From assembly GCA_963822445.1 (NCBI GenBank), contig CAWGHO010000002.1, positions 448,001 to 512,000 on the forward strand: a stretch of 64,000 bases of DNA. Direction: 5' to 3'. This DNA comes from an uncultured Acidobacteriota bacterium. Lineage in GTDB: Bacteria; Acidobacteriota; Thermoanaerobaculia; Gp7-AA8. The notes below the pieces were generated by a model. The model saw only the letters and a list, made by a program, of their open reading frames with translations. It searched no databases and was not told where the DNA came from. Both the position numbers and the translations under genes were made by a program. Below, piece after piece: positions 29,127-39,965 of this stretch; position 1 is the stretch's first letter, and every line of letters starts with the position of its first letter.

Positions 29127-30809
29127 ATGCGTCCAAGCCTGATCGCTGTCGCGCTCACTCTCTCCATCGCAACGGCAGTAGCAGCTCAGCAAACCGCGTT
29201 CGTGGTCGACGCGGACGGCAAAGCCATCGCCGTGGTCAACCTCGATAACGGCTCCGTCCCGTCGAAGATCGCCCTTCCTTTCACTCCGGACCGGGCCCGT
29301 CTCGCGCCGGACGGCAAGACCCTGCTCGTGCTCGATCAGGGCGAAGGGACGATGGGGTTCTGGGTGGCGGAGTTCCGGCCGAAGACGAAGGCCAACGCCG
29401 CGATCATTCGCGACGGGAAGCTGGTCGCGTCGACGGAGCTCGGATGGGGTCTGGCCGAATCAGCATTCTCCGCGGACGGCCAGTCCGCTTACGTGCTCAC
29501 CACCGGCTACGAATCGAACAAAGAGCCGGAGCGCAAAGCGTCGGAGCTGGTTCGCATCAGCCTCACCGACGGCAAAGTTACGGGCCGCATCCCGCTCGAT
29601 GCGGCCGCGGAAGCGTTCGCCGCCGATGACGCGTCGACGACCGGCATCATCTATTCACCGCCTTATCCGAAAAAGAAACCGACACCGCTGCCGGCGCGAT
29701 TGACGTTCGTCGATCTGGCCAGTTTCGAGGCGAAGGAGCGGATCGAGATTCGCGGCGCGGACGTGAAGCGACCCGTGTCCGCCGGCGGACTGCTGTACAT
29801 CGCCGACGCGGGAACGAAGACCGCGCGCGGCAGCATCACCGTCGTCGATCCGAGTAAGCGCGCCGTCGCCGAGAAGATCGACGTCGGGCCGGAAGCGCTG
29901 ATCAGCGGCAGCGACAAGGCCGAGCGCCTGTTCGTGCTGAGCCAGGGCGCGGACAAGAACAGCGGCGCTCTTCGCATCATCAAGGGAACGAAAGTCGAGG
30001 CCGAATACAAGACCGCGGCCGCGCCGCGCATGGCCCGGCTGTCCGACGACAGCAAGCGCGCCTACGTCCTGGGTTGGAAGGAGTTCTCGGTCGTCGACCT
30101 CGAGAAGGGTACGTCCGGCCCGGTCATCGAGCAGGCTCGCAATCCGTTCGCCGTTCTCGGCACCGCCGACGGCAAGCGCGCCTTCACGATCAACATGGAC
30201 GGCGATCAGTGCTGCCGTCTGACCGCGTTCGACCTGAACGGTCCGAAGCGCCTGACCACATTCCTCGGCGGCAGCAAAGGCGAGCGCATCGGACAGGCGA
30301 TGGTGGCGGTCGCGCTGTCAGTGGCGTCGTATCAGGCCGGGCGATCGATCGCCGCGGCCACGGGCTCCAACACGTTCTATTACTCGATCTACACACCACA
30401 GTCGCACGGCGCCGCGCGCGGTCCGCTGACGTTCGGACCGGGCGAGAAGAAGGTCTACTTCGTCGACACGCAAACGAGCGACGTCACCGTCGCCGACATC
30501 GAGACCGGCGAGCGCCTGCGGACGCTCGACGCCGGATCGGGACTGCAGGAAGTCGTGCCACTGCACGACGCCGGTGTGATCGCCGGCATCGCCGACAGTG
30601 AGATCACGCTCGTCGACGTGAACACGGATGAAGTGAAATCGACGATCAAGCTGGAAGGCGGCGTCACCGACGCTGTGCTGACCGCGGACAACAACCGGCT
30701 GGTCGTGTTCGGAAAGAAGAACCTGGTGGTGATCGACGCGAAGACGGCGAAGGAGATCGCGCGCATCGGTTCGCTGCAACAGCCGGTGCAGGTGGTGTTC
30801 GCGGAGTAG
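29127..30809 (+). CDS. Exported YncE/YVTN-type beta-propeller protein
   Basis: Signal peptide; repeated xPDGKxxxV / VxVxD blades. Confidence 0.8.
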   Translation: MRPSLIAVALTLSIATAVAAQQTAFVVDADGKAIAVVNLDNGSVPSKIALPFTPDRARLAPDGKTLLVLDQGEGTMGFWVAEFRPKTKANAAIIRDGKLVASTELGWGLAESAFSADGQSAYVLTTGYESNKEPERKASELVRISLTDGKVTGRIPLDAAAEAFAADDASTTGIIYSPPYPKKKPTPLPARLTFVDLASFEAKERIEIRGADVKRPVSAGGLLYIADAGTKTARGSITVVDPSKRAVAEKIDVGPEALISGSDKAERLFVLSQGADKNSGALRIIKGTKVEAEYKTAAAPRMARLSDDSKRAYVLGWKEFSVVDLEKGTSGPVIEQARNPFAVLGTADGKRAFTINMDGDQCCRLTAFDLNGPKRLTTFLGGSKGERIGQAMVAVALSVASYQAGRSIAAATGSNTFYYSIYTPQSHGAARGPLTFGPGEKKVYFVDTQTSDVTVADIETGERLRTLDAGSGLQEVVPLHDAGVIAGIADSEITLVDVNTDEVKSTIKLEGGVTDAVLTADNNRLVVFGKKNLVVIDAKTAKEIARIGSLQQPVQVVFAE

Positions 30810-31004
30810 CGACGTCAGCCGGCGCACGGCGGAAAACGCCGCGATCTCACGCGCAGAATCCCAGCAACCATTCCGAACCCCGCCCCGGCCACTGCAGCGA
30901 ACCAAACCTCAGGGAACATCCAGACCAAACTGCCGGGAAACTGCCGGACACCGTGGCCAAAACAACGTTCCGGTGGGGCTGAGAGTGGGATGCATACTCT
31001 GCCG

Positions 31005-31349
31005 TCACTGTGGATGTTCGTTTGCATCTGAGGAATCCGGCCACTCATAGTCTCTAATTGCACGCTCACGTTGCTGCGTGAGTCTCTCGCGATCTCGTTC
31101 TGAGATCGTCTGGTTACTCAGTTCACGGTCGAGTCGCTCGATCCATGACTCGTAAATTCGCTGCCGTTCCTGAATGAGCAAGTCGACAGGCAGACCCTTG
31201 CGACGGGCATCTCCGATCTGTCGTTCCAGCTCAACTATTTGAGCCTCCTCTTTGGATCCGTATTCCAGCCGCAAAGGTTGGCTGACGAGAAGGCCGGACA
31301 CAGCAGGAAAAGCCACAACATTTGAAGAGCATGCTGGTGTGTATTGCAT
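31005..31349 (-). CDS. Hypothetical protein (cassette region)
   Basis: GAGG RBS 13 bp after the upstream stop; charged helical 114-aa ORF; lower GC than flanks. Confidence 0.5.
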   Translation of the reverse strand: MQYTPACSSNVVAFPAVSGLLVSQPLRLEYGSKEEAQIVELERQIGDARRKGLPVDLLIQERQRIYESWIERLDRELSNQTISERDRERLTQQRERAIRDYEWPDSSDANEHPQ

Positions 31350-31361
31350 TCGAGTTTCCTC

Positions 31362-31856
31362 TCAAACCGGGCTCGATGGTTCGGTAGACGCTGGTTCCGC
31401 TATTGCTGTTGCGACAAACGACACGCCTCGCGATACAACCCTAAAGTCAATGAGAACGGGGGACCGATGATTGAGCGGTAGCGTGAGCAGGTTTTGTTCC
31501 TTCAGGACTTCACCCGCTTCAACCCAGGTATGTGCCAGAAGAACTCGAGACGTGTCCAACCAAAGACGGCGCGGCAAGACGGCGATCTCCGGAACAGGCT
31601 CGGCAGAAAGCGAGCACGCCCTAAGTGTCGCAGCGTCAATATCGATCTTCGAAAGACCGACGTTAGACAACTCAATAGTCGATAGGAGATAAGTCGTTGC
31701 CTCGATGCGCAGCTGTTTCGCATTTGCAGTCAGTATCAGTCGAGGATGAAACACGCGACCTTTGACAAACCGATAATAGGCCCAGCCGCCTGCCAGAATG
31801 GTAGCGAGCGCCGTAATACTCTTGGCAAGGACGTCGACGATGTCCTTTATGGACAT
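31362..31856 (-). CDS. Hypothetical single-TM protein (cassette cargo)
   Basis: GGAG RBS; TM ILAGGWAYYRF followed by a beta-rich domain. Confidence 0.75.
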   Translation of the reverse strand: MSIKDIVDVLAKSITALATILAGGWAYYRFVKGRVFHPRLILTANAKQLRIEATTYLLSTIELSNVGLSKIDIDAATLRACSLSAEPVPEIAVLPRRLWLDTSRVLLAHTWVEAGEVLKEQNLLTLPLNHRSPVLIDFRVVSRGVSFVATAIAEPASTEPSSPV

Positions 31857-31967
31857 AGAGTTCTCCAAAACACGACCGAGCCTCTAAACAATATCACCGG
31901 AGCCGATCAATCGATCAAGTTGTTGCAGGCTCGCAGACGCGAGGGACAGCGTCGAGACGCTCCGTCT

Positions 31968-32075
31968 GCCTAAGGTCTATCGCCTGAGCTGCAGCGAGGC
32001 CCGGCGCGGGTGTAGGCGGTTCGGCCGCCAGGCGCGGCAAACGGCCTACTGCCAAGCCTCTGGCAGTAGTTAGCG
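31968..32075 (-). mobile_element. Degenerate, shortened attC-like site
   Basis: Same ends as the 198-bp family (GCCTAAGGTCTATCGCCTGAGCTGC...CTGGCAGTAGTTAGCG) but AAC>AAG and a rearranged interior. Confidence 0.7.
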
Positions 32076-32389
32076 CGGGGCTCGCTTGGACCCCACGCAC
32101 TTCTTTCAAAAGTTCTCGGTTGCAACACGACGCCGACACCACGTGCCTTTGTGGTAGCGCCGATGAACAAGCGGCCACGGCATGATGAGCCGCGGCGTTG
32201 AAACAAGAGGCTGGAAGTAGCCTAAGGGCGCGTCCGCAGGACTCCTCAAGGCGATGGCGCTTCAACAGGTGGTTCCTCTACGACACCCTTGGCAGGTCGA
32301 CGTAGAAATCAGTGTTCTCGGTGTGACCTGGTAAGAGTCAGCTCAACACGTGGCGCCGCCGAAGTATCATGAGTTAGGAGGCACGCCCG

Positions 32390-32845
32390 ATGCCCGATCC
32401 TACCGAAACGCCAATCGTAACGTTGGCTAGGAAATACTTCGATGAGCATAGCCTGCAGTTTCGAGCCGTTTGGGAGCTTTATCTTTCGTTCTATGTTGCG
32501 TTTATCACTTTGAACGGAGCCGCGCTCGGCTTGACTGTTCAGTACGTGAAGGCGCCTCGAGCGAAAGGCATCATCGCGATCACCTTCATCCTGCAGAATG
32601 CGCTGGCGGCTGGAACTGCAATAATGATCAGTCGTTACTCGGACCTGGCGGCACGTCGGACACAGGAACTCGGAGAGTTAACAATGGGTGACGTTGGAGC
32701 GGATGCGCCGAGCCTCCCGCCCGCACTTCGTGAGTCCCCCATACCGGGCCATATCGGCCGTTGGGGTGGCATCGCAAATCTCCTTGGCCACATTCTGTTC
32801 GCGATCCTTTGGTCCGTCGTCGGACTCATCGACATCCACGTTTAG
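32390..32845 (+). CDS. Hypothetical three-TM membrane protein (cassette cargo)
   Basis: AGGAGG RBS; three hydrophobic segments; lies between attC-like sites. Confidence 0.75.
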   Translation: MPDPTETPIVTLARKYFDEHSLQFRAVWELYLSFYVAFITLNGAALGLTVQYVKAPRAKGIIAITFILQNALAAGTAIMISRYSDLAARRTQELGELTMGDVGADAPSLPPALRESPIPGHIGRWGGIANLLGHILFAILWSVVGLIDIHV

Positions 32846-32933
32846 TATCAGTCGTGCATCGCCACGAGAAACGCCTACCGCAGACATGTTCTCGGCTTCT
32901 GACCCGTGCGATTCGCGGTGATTGACTGCGTCG

Positions 32934-33131
32934 GGCTAACGTCTATCGCCTGAGCTGCGCGGCCAGGGCCCGCGTGCCGAAGCCGGAGCGGCGCGGCGGT
33001 TGCCGCGAGCAACGTGCGAAGCACCGCGCCGCGAACTGCAACCGCCGTGACGCCGTCACGCTGGCGAAAAAGCAGCCGGCTCGGCCGGCGGGCCGGAGCC
33101 GGGCCGCGACAGCTCCTGGCAGTAGTTAGGC
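32934..33131 (-). mobile_element. attC-like recombination site, 198 bp
   Basis: GGCTAAC...GTTAGGC ends with imperfect internal palindrome; about 5 internal differences from 45684-45881 by eye. Confidence 0.85.
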
Positions 33132-33193
33132 GCCGGTTTATCAACGTCCGATGGCATAATGCCATCGTTGACGTGGTGCGCCAAGGGAGGACG

Positions 33194-33841
33194 ATGTCCG
33201 GCAAGACCTCAGCACTTGAGATCGCAAGGCTTTCATACAAGCAAGGCATAGCGGTGGCTCTGATCAGCGCCTTTGCTGGGGTTGCGACTACCGTGATCAG
33301 CAAAGAGATTGCAGAGCGCCGGGCCGCTGATGCGCGGCCGACAGCGACCGCTGGAAGTGCGGCGAACCAGGATAGTCGCACTCCCGAGTTACAGAAAGTG
33401 GTTGACAACACCCGTACACCGCCGAGCGAGGCAGATCAACGCGAAAGCGCGACGGCGTTAGCCTCAGCAAATGAAGCGCTTAGACGCTTGAAACAGCAAT
33501 TGGACAAGGCGAGTTCATTGTCCGTTTCTCTGACCAAGGAGCGAGACGAACTGCAGGCTGAACTAGAGGCCGGTCCAGATTTCGGATGGCGGAGTCTGAC
33601 AACGGAATCGAGTGGGGAGAAATGCGTCGCCAGAGTCATTACGTCAATGAAAGCAGCTGGCGTAACAGTTGCGCACCGCGACGGTATGTACGTGCATGGT
33701 CGCAAGGGCGCAGTAGCGGTCTCGATGGAATGTCCGATAGACGAAACGGGCGAAGCTTTGCTGTTTACTGCGTGCCGCGACATCTCAAACTGTGATGAGT
33801 TGGCCGATCAGATAGAAGTAGAGTTCACATCGAGCCACTGA
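33194..33841 (+). CDS. Hypothetical TM-anchored coiled-coil protein with Cys-containing C-terminal domain (cassette cargo)
   Basis: GGAGG RBS, upstream TGGCATAAT, one TM, coiled coil, 4 Cys. Confidence 0.75.
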   Translation: MSGKTSALEIARLSYKQGIAVALISAFAGVATTVISKEIAERRAADARPTATAGSAANQDSRTPELQKVVDNTRTPPSEADQRESATALASANEALRRLKQQLDKASSLSVSLTKERDELQAELEAGPDFGWRSLTTESSGEKCVARVITSMKAAGVTVAHRDGMYVHGRKGAVAVSMECPIDETGEALLFTACRDISNCDELADQIEVEFTSSH

Positions 33842-33855
33842 CCGTGACGTCGTGC

Positions 33856-33873
33856 GCCTAACTTACATTTCGA
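33856..33873 (-). mobile_element. attI-like entry site of cassette cluster 1
   Basis: Minus strand TCGAAA-TGTAA-GTTAGGC; no attC body attached. Confidence 0.5.
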
Positions 33874-34013
33874 CCGACTCCACGTGTCCATAATTTCTAC
33901 ATACGCGCACCCTTGCGACGCCGTGCCTTGCAAGCGCTAGCCGTTCGTAAACAGGCGCGCCTCTCGGCTTTCCGCGAGCTAGCAACTACGAGCGCGGAGC
34001 GGAGCATCCGTTC

Positions 34014-34214
34014 GAGAAGAAGGCGTACGGCGTCAATACCAACGCAGCGACGTTACCGTAGCTGACACCATACGGGCGAGCGCCTGCGGACGCTTGACGC
34101 GGGATCGGGACTGCAGGAAGTGGGGCCGCTGCACGGCGCGGGTGTGATCACCGGCATCGCCGAAAGCGAAATCACATTCGTCGACTTGAACACGAATGAA
34201 GTGAACTCGACCAT
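34014..34214 (+). pseudogene. Degenerate duplicate of part of the beta-propeller gene (30444-30646)
   Basis: Shares GGCGAGCGCCTGCGGACGCT, GGATCGGGACTGCAGGAAGT and CCGGCATCGCCGA; contains indels. Confidence 0.85.
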
Positions 34215-34309
34215 TTGTCAGCAGCCGGGAGAGAGGCAACCTCGACCTGGAGCGCCGCCGTCCGCCGGCGGCTGTACCGCAGGCGTCCGGCGACGCACTT
34301 GCAGGTTCG

Positions 34310-34762
34310 ATGTCCATGAGAATCCTCGTCGCCGTCGATCACTCCCCGCATTCCCTTGCCGCCGTGGAGACAGTCATGGCGCGCCCCTGGCCCGAATCGA
34401 CGAAAGTCCGTCTGCTGACCGTCAACGCGCCTCCCTACGTGGCGTTTGCGCCGTGGGTGGAGCTGCAGGCAACGATGGCGGACTTCGATGCCGAGGTGAA
34501 AAAGCAGGCCGAGGAGCTCGTGAGCACGATGGCGGCGCGAGTTCGGGAGAAGGCTCTCGACGTCGAGGTCGTGATTCGAGACGGTGACCCGCGTACGGAG
34601 ATCGTCGATGAAGCGATCAAGTGGGACAGCGATCTGATCGTGATCGGCTCACACGGCTATACCGGCATCAAGCGGCTTCTTCTCGGCAGCGTCGCGCAAT
34701 ACGTAGTGGCTCACGCGCCCTGCTCGGTGGAAGTCGTGCGGCGTCCTGCAGGAAACGCGTGA
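34310..34762 (+). CDS. Universal stress protein
   Basis: RILVAVDHS, GDPRTEI, DLIVIGSHG, LLGSVAQYVVAHAPCSV. Confidence 0.95.
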   Translation: MSMRILVAVDHSPHSLAAVETVMARPWPESTKVRLLTVNAPPYVAFAPWVELQATMADFDAEVKKQAEELVSTMAARVREKALDVEVVIRDGDPRTEIVDEAIKWDSDLIVIGSHGYTGIKRLLLGSVAQYVVAHAPCSVEVVRRPAGNA

Positions 34763-34778
34763 GCTGCAGCCCACCCCC

Positions 34779-36525
34779 CTAAACCATTTCCTTGACCTTG
34801 TCGGCGAGCAGAGTCAGCGCGATCTCCTTGCGGTTCGGCTCCCCCTTCGCCAACGACTCCGCCAGATGCAGGGCCTGCTTGGCGGTGATCTTCGACGGCA
34901 TTGGCGGCTCGACCGGATCGACGATCGCTTCGATCACGACCGGACCCGGCATGCGCAGGGCCTCGTCGAGCATCGAGCCGCAGAGCAGCGGATCGTCGAT
35001 GGTCATCGCCGCGGCGCCGCATGCGCGCGCGAATGCGGCGAAGTCGATCGGGTGCAGCTCGCAGCCGTACTCGGGATTGCCGAGGAAGACCATCTGCTCC
35101 CACTTGATCATCCCCAGGGTGTTGTTCTTGATGACGATGACCTTGATCGGCAGGCCGTACTTGACCGCGGTCGCCAGCTCGCCCATGAGCATCGTGAAGC
35201 GCCGTCGCCGACGAACGCGACGCATTGACGATCCGGATACGCGACCTGCGCGGCGATGGCGTACGGCAACCCGTTGGCCATCGAGGCCAGCGTTCCCGAA
35301 AGCGAGAACATCTGCCCCTTGCGCGCTTTGATCTGCCGGGCGAACCAGGTCGCGATCGTTCCTGAATCGCTCGACACGATGGCGTCGTCCGCGAGCCGCT
35401 TGCCGAGCTCCCACGCCACCACCTGCGGTTTCATCGGCTTGTCGGTGCGCGTTCCGCGCGTCTCCATCAGCTCCCACCACTCGCGCATCCCCGCTTGCGC
35501 TTTCTCCAGAAACGCGCGGTCTTCCCGTTGCGCGAGCAGCGGAACGAGCTTCTCCAAAGTCCGTTTGCTGTCTCCCGCCAAACCGACTTCGATGGGATGA
35601 CGCAGTCCGATGCGCACCGGGTCGACGTCGATCTGAACCGCGCGCGCCTGGCCGGGCTTGGGCAGGAACTCGATGTACGGAAACGAGGTGCCGACCATGA
35701 GCAGCGTGTCGCATTCCTCCAACGCTTCTTGAGAAGGCCGGGTGCCGAGGAGGCCGATGCCGCCGGTGGTGTACGGACTGTCGTCGGGAACGGCGGCCTT
35801 GCCGAGCAGCGGCTTCACGATCGGTGCGGCCATGCGCGCCGCGGCCTCTTCGAGCAGATCGCCCGCGCCCAGCGCGCCGCGGCCGGCCAGGATGACCGTC
35901 TTGTTTCCCTCGTTCAGAAGATCGGCGGCGCGGCGGATATCGTCATCGCACGGAACGTGAGCGCCGAACGCGAGGACCTCCGACGTGTGATTGGGGATGT
36001 TCCGCTCCGACCCTTTTCGACCTTGATCGATTGCAGGTCGACGGGAAAGTTGATGTGGGCGACGCTGCGGCGGGAGATCGCCATCCGGCAGGCCAGCGTG
36101 GTCACGTTTTCGACGTGCGCCGGACCCATGATGCGCTGGCTGTACACGGCCACGTCGGCGAACACACGATCGAGATCGACGTCCTGCTGCGCGAACGTTC
36201 CGATGAGGTCGTGGTAGTGATGGCCGGTGATGGCCAGCACCGGCTGTCCATCGAGCTTCGCGTCGTAAAGACCGTTCAGCAGATGGAGTCCGCCTGGACC
36301 TGATGTGGCCACGCAGACACCGAGCTTGCCCGTGTACTTGGCGTACGCGCAGGCCATGAACGCCGCCGACTCTTCATGACGAACCTGGATGAATCGGATC
36401 GTGTCGGCGCGCTGGCGGAGCGATTCCATGATTCCGTTGATGCCGTCGCCGGGCAGGCCGAACACCACGTCGACGCCCCACGACTGCAGCGTGTCCACCA
36501 GAACATCGGAAGCGGTTTTGGCCAT
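34779..36525 (-). pseudogene. Pyruvate oxidase/dehydrogenase (PoxB-like TPP enzyme) split by two frameshifts, possibly sequencing errors
   Basis: FGLPGDGING, RHEESAAF, SGTLASMANGLP, GDG..FTMLMGE..NN spread over three frames; shifts near 36012 and 35200. Confidence 0.85.
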
Positions 36526-36534
36526 GACCGATGA

Positions 36535-37017
36535 CTACCGCGCAGGGCCGCTGAGAGAGCTCGGCGCATCGAGGTGTGCACCATCGTCGACGCCCACTGA
36601 GAGCCGGCCCACGAGCTCACCGCCGAGCCATCCGGTGATCGTGGCCAGCCCCGCGCCGAGTGCGCCGAGGAGGATGGCCAGGGTTGCGGGGTTGGCGGGA
36701 TGCTCGCGGCGCAGGAACCAGCTCGCGGCAAACAGCACGACCACGATGACGTTTCCGATGCCGTGCAGACGGCCGATGCGTTTCGCGCGCGTGCCGTCGG
36801 GGATCTTCAGATAGTCGATCAATCCGAAGACCGCGGCGATGAGGCCGGCCGCGACACCGGCCGCGATCATGTAGTACGACGCGCTGAAGAGGCCCTGATG
36901 GCGATCGAGAAACAGAGCGATCACGTCGAAGAACAGCGCCATCGCCAGAACGCCCAGGGGAAACACGATCAACATCTGATGAATGGGATGCCCGAACAGC
37001 TTTGCCCTTGCTTCCAT
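36535..37017 (-). CDS. DUF2231 membrane protein
   Basis: GHPIHQMLIVFPLG, LHGIGN, GWLGGELV; GAGGAG RBS. Confidence 0.88.
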   Translation of the reverse strand: MEARAKLFGHPIHQMLIVFPLGVLAMALFFDVIALFLDRHQGLFSASYYMIAAGVAAGLIAAVFGLIDYLKIPDGTRAKRIGRLHGIGNVIVVVLFAASWFLRREHPANPATLAILLGALGAGLATITGWLGGELVGRLSVGVDDGAHLDAPSSLSGPAR

Positions 37018-37089
37018 GGCTCCTCCTCCGTCGCGCAGCAGCCGTGCAAGAGCGGCTCCCATTTCCCCACGCAACCGTTGGAAAACTGA

Positions 37090-37848
37090 TCAGGAAGTTT
37101 TCGGCGGCTCGCGCTCGAAACGGACCTTCTCGTTCTTCCGCGAGGCCGTTGCCGCTCGCACGTGAAACTCGCATCGACCGTCGCCGTCCTGAAACCGCCG
37201 CTCGCGCACGACCTCGCAACCGGTCAACCGCCGCAGCGTGCTGACCGTCGTGCTGCAGATGTCCGGCCGCTCCATGGCTACATTCAGATACGGACAATTC
37301 CGCTCGGTGAGCACGAAGTCGTCGCCACGCCGCTCAACCTCGGTGAACGGATCGCCGGCCATGTAGATCGCCCGAAGCTGCTCCATCTTTTTCTCGAGCG
37401 GCAGTGCAGCGAGATGGGGCTCGAGCCAGCCGACCCGCGCATCGGTCAATCGTGTCAACGCGGCGGCCAGCGACGCATCGCCTTCGACGGCAATCGTGTC
37501 GAGCAGGCCGATCGTCAGTGAGGCGTACTGCTTCGGGAAGAGGTGATCGCCTGCAGCGGTGAGGCAGTACATCGCCGGCGGTCTGCCCGGCGCCGGCTCG
37601 CCGCGTTCGGAGAGATCGGGCTCGCAGTTCGATTTGATCCATCCGCCTTTGTGCAGATCGCCAACCTGCTTGCGCGCCGCCTCATGACTCATCCCCAGCG
37701 CCTCGGCGATTCGAGGGATGGACACGAAGCCTTCGAGCTTCAGCAGACGGAGGATGTTCGCGCGCGTGACAGAAAGCTCATCGAGAACATCGCGGGACGC
37801 CACGGGTGCGAGCTGCTTCAGAAACCATGCCCTGGGAAGCAGCCCCAT
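37090..37848 (-). CDS. Winged-HTH transcriptional regulator, SufR-like with three C-terminal Cys
   Basis: IAEALGMSHEAARKQV, GRPPAMY, FPKQY, NCPY...ICS...RCEF; start codon uncertain. Confidence 0.82.
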   Translation of the reverse strand: MGLLPRAWFLKQLAPVASRDVLDELSVTRANILRLLKLEGFVSIPRIAEALGMSHEAARKQVGDLHKGGWIKSNCEPDLSERGEPAPGRPPAMYCLTAAGDHLFPKQYASLTIGLLDTIAVEGDASLAAALTRLTDARVGWLEPHLAALPLEKKMEQLRAIYMAGDPFTEVERRGDDFVLTERNCPYLNVAMERPDICSTTVSTLRRLTGCEVVRERRFQDGDGRCEFHVRAATASRKNEKVRFEREPPKTS

Positions 37849-37917
37849 CCAATTTCCCAACTTGCCGGTTGGGAATTGTGAACGCGATTTGCACCACCGA
37901 TGTCAGGAGGTGCTGAC

Positions 37918-39269
37918 ATGGTTCGTACGGAGAGAGCGCGGGCGGGCCTCGCGCTCGGCCTCATTTTCGTGCTTTCGGCATGCGTCGGAATGCCGACGTA
38001 TGCACCACAAAATCCGGCAGTCAAGAACGAGATGCACAGCGGCCGGTATCGCGACGCCGTGGCCGACTACTCGGAGAAACTGTTCAACGAAGGACGGCAG
38101 ATCTTCCGCCACGACACGTTCGGGAGCGAGGCGTTCTGGAGCGGCAAGCTTCGCCTGCACGAGGCCATCGCCGGCGAGCGATTCGGAGGCGTGGGTCACG
38201 GCTCGAGCCGAAGGACGCGCTGAAGCTCGGTCTCAAAGTCGACACGGGCGTCCTCCCGAAAATCCTCGGCGAAGCAGTCAAGGGCGGCGGCGTCGATCTC
38301 GGCGACGTCAAGACGACCATGGAGCTGCTCAAGGCCGATGCAGTCGTCGGCGTTGCCGCGAAGTTCGACGGCGACAAGCTCGTCTCGGTCGGCATCACCT
38401 GCGCGCTCTGCCACTCGACCGTCGACGACTCGATCATGAAGGGCGCCGGCAATCGTCTCGACGGATGGCCGAATCGCGATCTCGACGTCGGCGCGATCGT
38501 GGCCTTAGCCCCCGACCTCAGTCCCTACCAGGATCTCCTCGGCGTCGATCGCGCGGCGGTCGAGCGCGTTCTGAAGAGCTGGGGACCGGGCAAGTACGAC
38601 GCGGAGCTGAACCAGGACGGCAAGGGCTTCCGGCCCGATGGGAAATCCGCCGCCACTGTCCTGCCGGCCGCGTTCGGACTGGCCGGTGTGCATCTGCACA
38701 CGTACACGGGCTGGGGATCAGTCACGTACTGGAACGCGTATGTCGCCACGACACAGATGCAGGGCGTGGGGACGTTCTTCGATCCGCGGATCAAGACATC
38801 AGGGAAGTTCCCCATCGGCGTGAAGGGCGGGTTCGACAACATCCGCCGCACACCCGATCGCGTGACGGAAAAGCTCGCGCCGCTGCACTACTACCAGCTG
38901 TCACTGCCGGCGCCGTCGCCAAAGAGCGACTCTTATGACAACGCGGCCGCCAAACGCGGCGAGGCGATCTTCAATGGGAAGGCGAACTGCGCTCGCTGCC
39001 ACGTACCGCCGCTGTTCACCGAACCGGGATGGGCGATGCACACACCGGAGGAGATCGGCATCGACGATTTCCAGGCGAAGCGCTCGCCGGACGGGATGTA
39101 TCGCACGACGCCGCTGCGCGGTCTGTTCGTTCGCGAAAAGGGCGGGTTCTATCACGATGGCCGCTTCCCCACGTATGGCGCGGTCGTCGATCACTACGAC
39201 GGTCACCTCAGACTCGGACTGACCGCGGCTGAGAAAAATGACCTCATCGAATTTCTGAAGTCGCTGTAA
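37918..39269 (+). CDS. Di-heme c-type cytochrome lipoprotein with one frameshift near 38200
   Basis: GGAGG RBS, lipobox LSAC, FRHDTFGSE in the first frame; CALCH, CARCH, YRTTPLRG and YHDGRF in the second frame. Confidence 0.8.
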
Positions 39270-39288
39270 ACCGATAGGAGAGACTCCA

Positions 39289-39945
39289 ATGCGCAGCACA
39301 ATATCCATCCTCGTCATTTGCACGTTTTTGTTGTCCGGGTGTGCGTCGCAGCCTTACGGCACAACGTCAGATCACTCGTCAATGCACGCAGGAATGCCGG
39401 CCGATGACAGCCGCACCGCACTGTCGAAGGCAATGCGCGATCTCTGGGCGGATCACGTCATCTGGACGCGCAACTACATCATCGCGGCCGCATCGGATCA
39501 GCCGGATGCGCAGGTAGCAGCGAACCGCCTGCTCGCGAACCAGGACCAGATCGGACAGGCCATCGTTCCTTATTACGGGCAGGAGGCCGGAACGAAGCTC
39601 GCCGGTCTGCTCAGAGACCACATCCTGATCGCGGTCGATCTCGTCGCGGCCGCGAAAGCGAACGATCAGACCAAGCTCGGAGATGCCGACCGGCGCTGGA
39701 AGGCCAATGCCGCCGACATCGCGACATTCCTGAGCGGCGCGAATCCGAACTGGCCGCGTGAGGCCGTGCTCAACATGATGAACGAGCACCTCGCCTTGAC
39801 CACCCAGGAAGCAACCGCGCGGCTACAGAAGAACTGGAGCGAGGACACGGCAACGTTCGACAAGATCTTCGATCAGGCCATGATGATGGCCGACGCATTG
39901 ACGGACGGGATCATCAAGCAGTTTCCGGATCGCTTTCGCGGGTGA
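39289..39945 (+). CDS. Helical His-motif lipoprotein of unknown function
   Basis: Lipobox LSGC; LWADHVIWTR, LRDHI, MNEHL. Confidence 0.8.
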   Translation: MRSTISILVICTFLLSGCASQPYGTTSDHSSMHAGMPADDSRTALSKAMRDLWADHVIWTRNYIIAAASDQPDAQVAANRLLANQDQIGQAIVPYYGQEAGTKLAGLLRDHILIAVDLVAAAKANDQTKLGDADRRWKANAADIATFLSGANPNWPREAVLNMMNEHLALTTQEATARLQKNWSEDTATFDKIFDQAMMMADALTDGIIKQFPDRFRG

Positions 39946-39965
39946 CTTACACACACGCCGGTGAC

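Noticed and set aside
36005-36020. Programmed frameshift in the PoxB-like gene
   Set aside because: No full slippery heptamer, and a second independent shift exists; error or decay is simpler.
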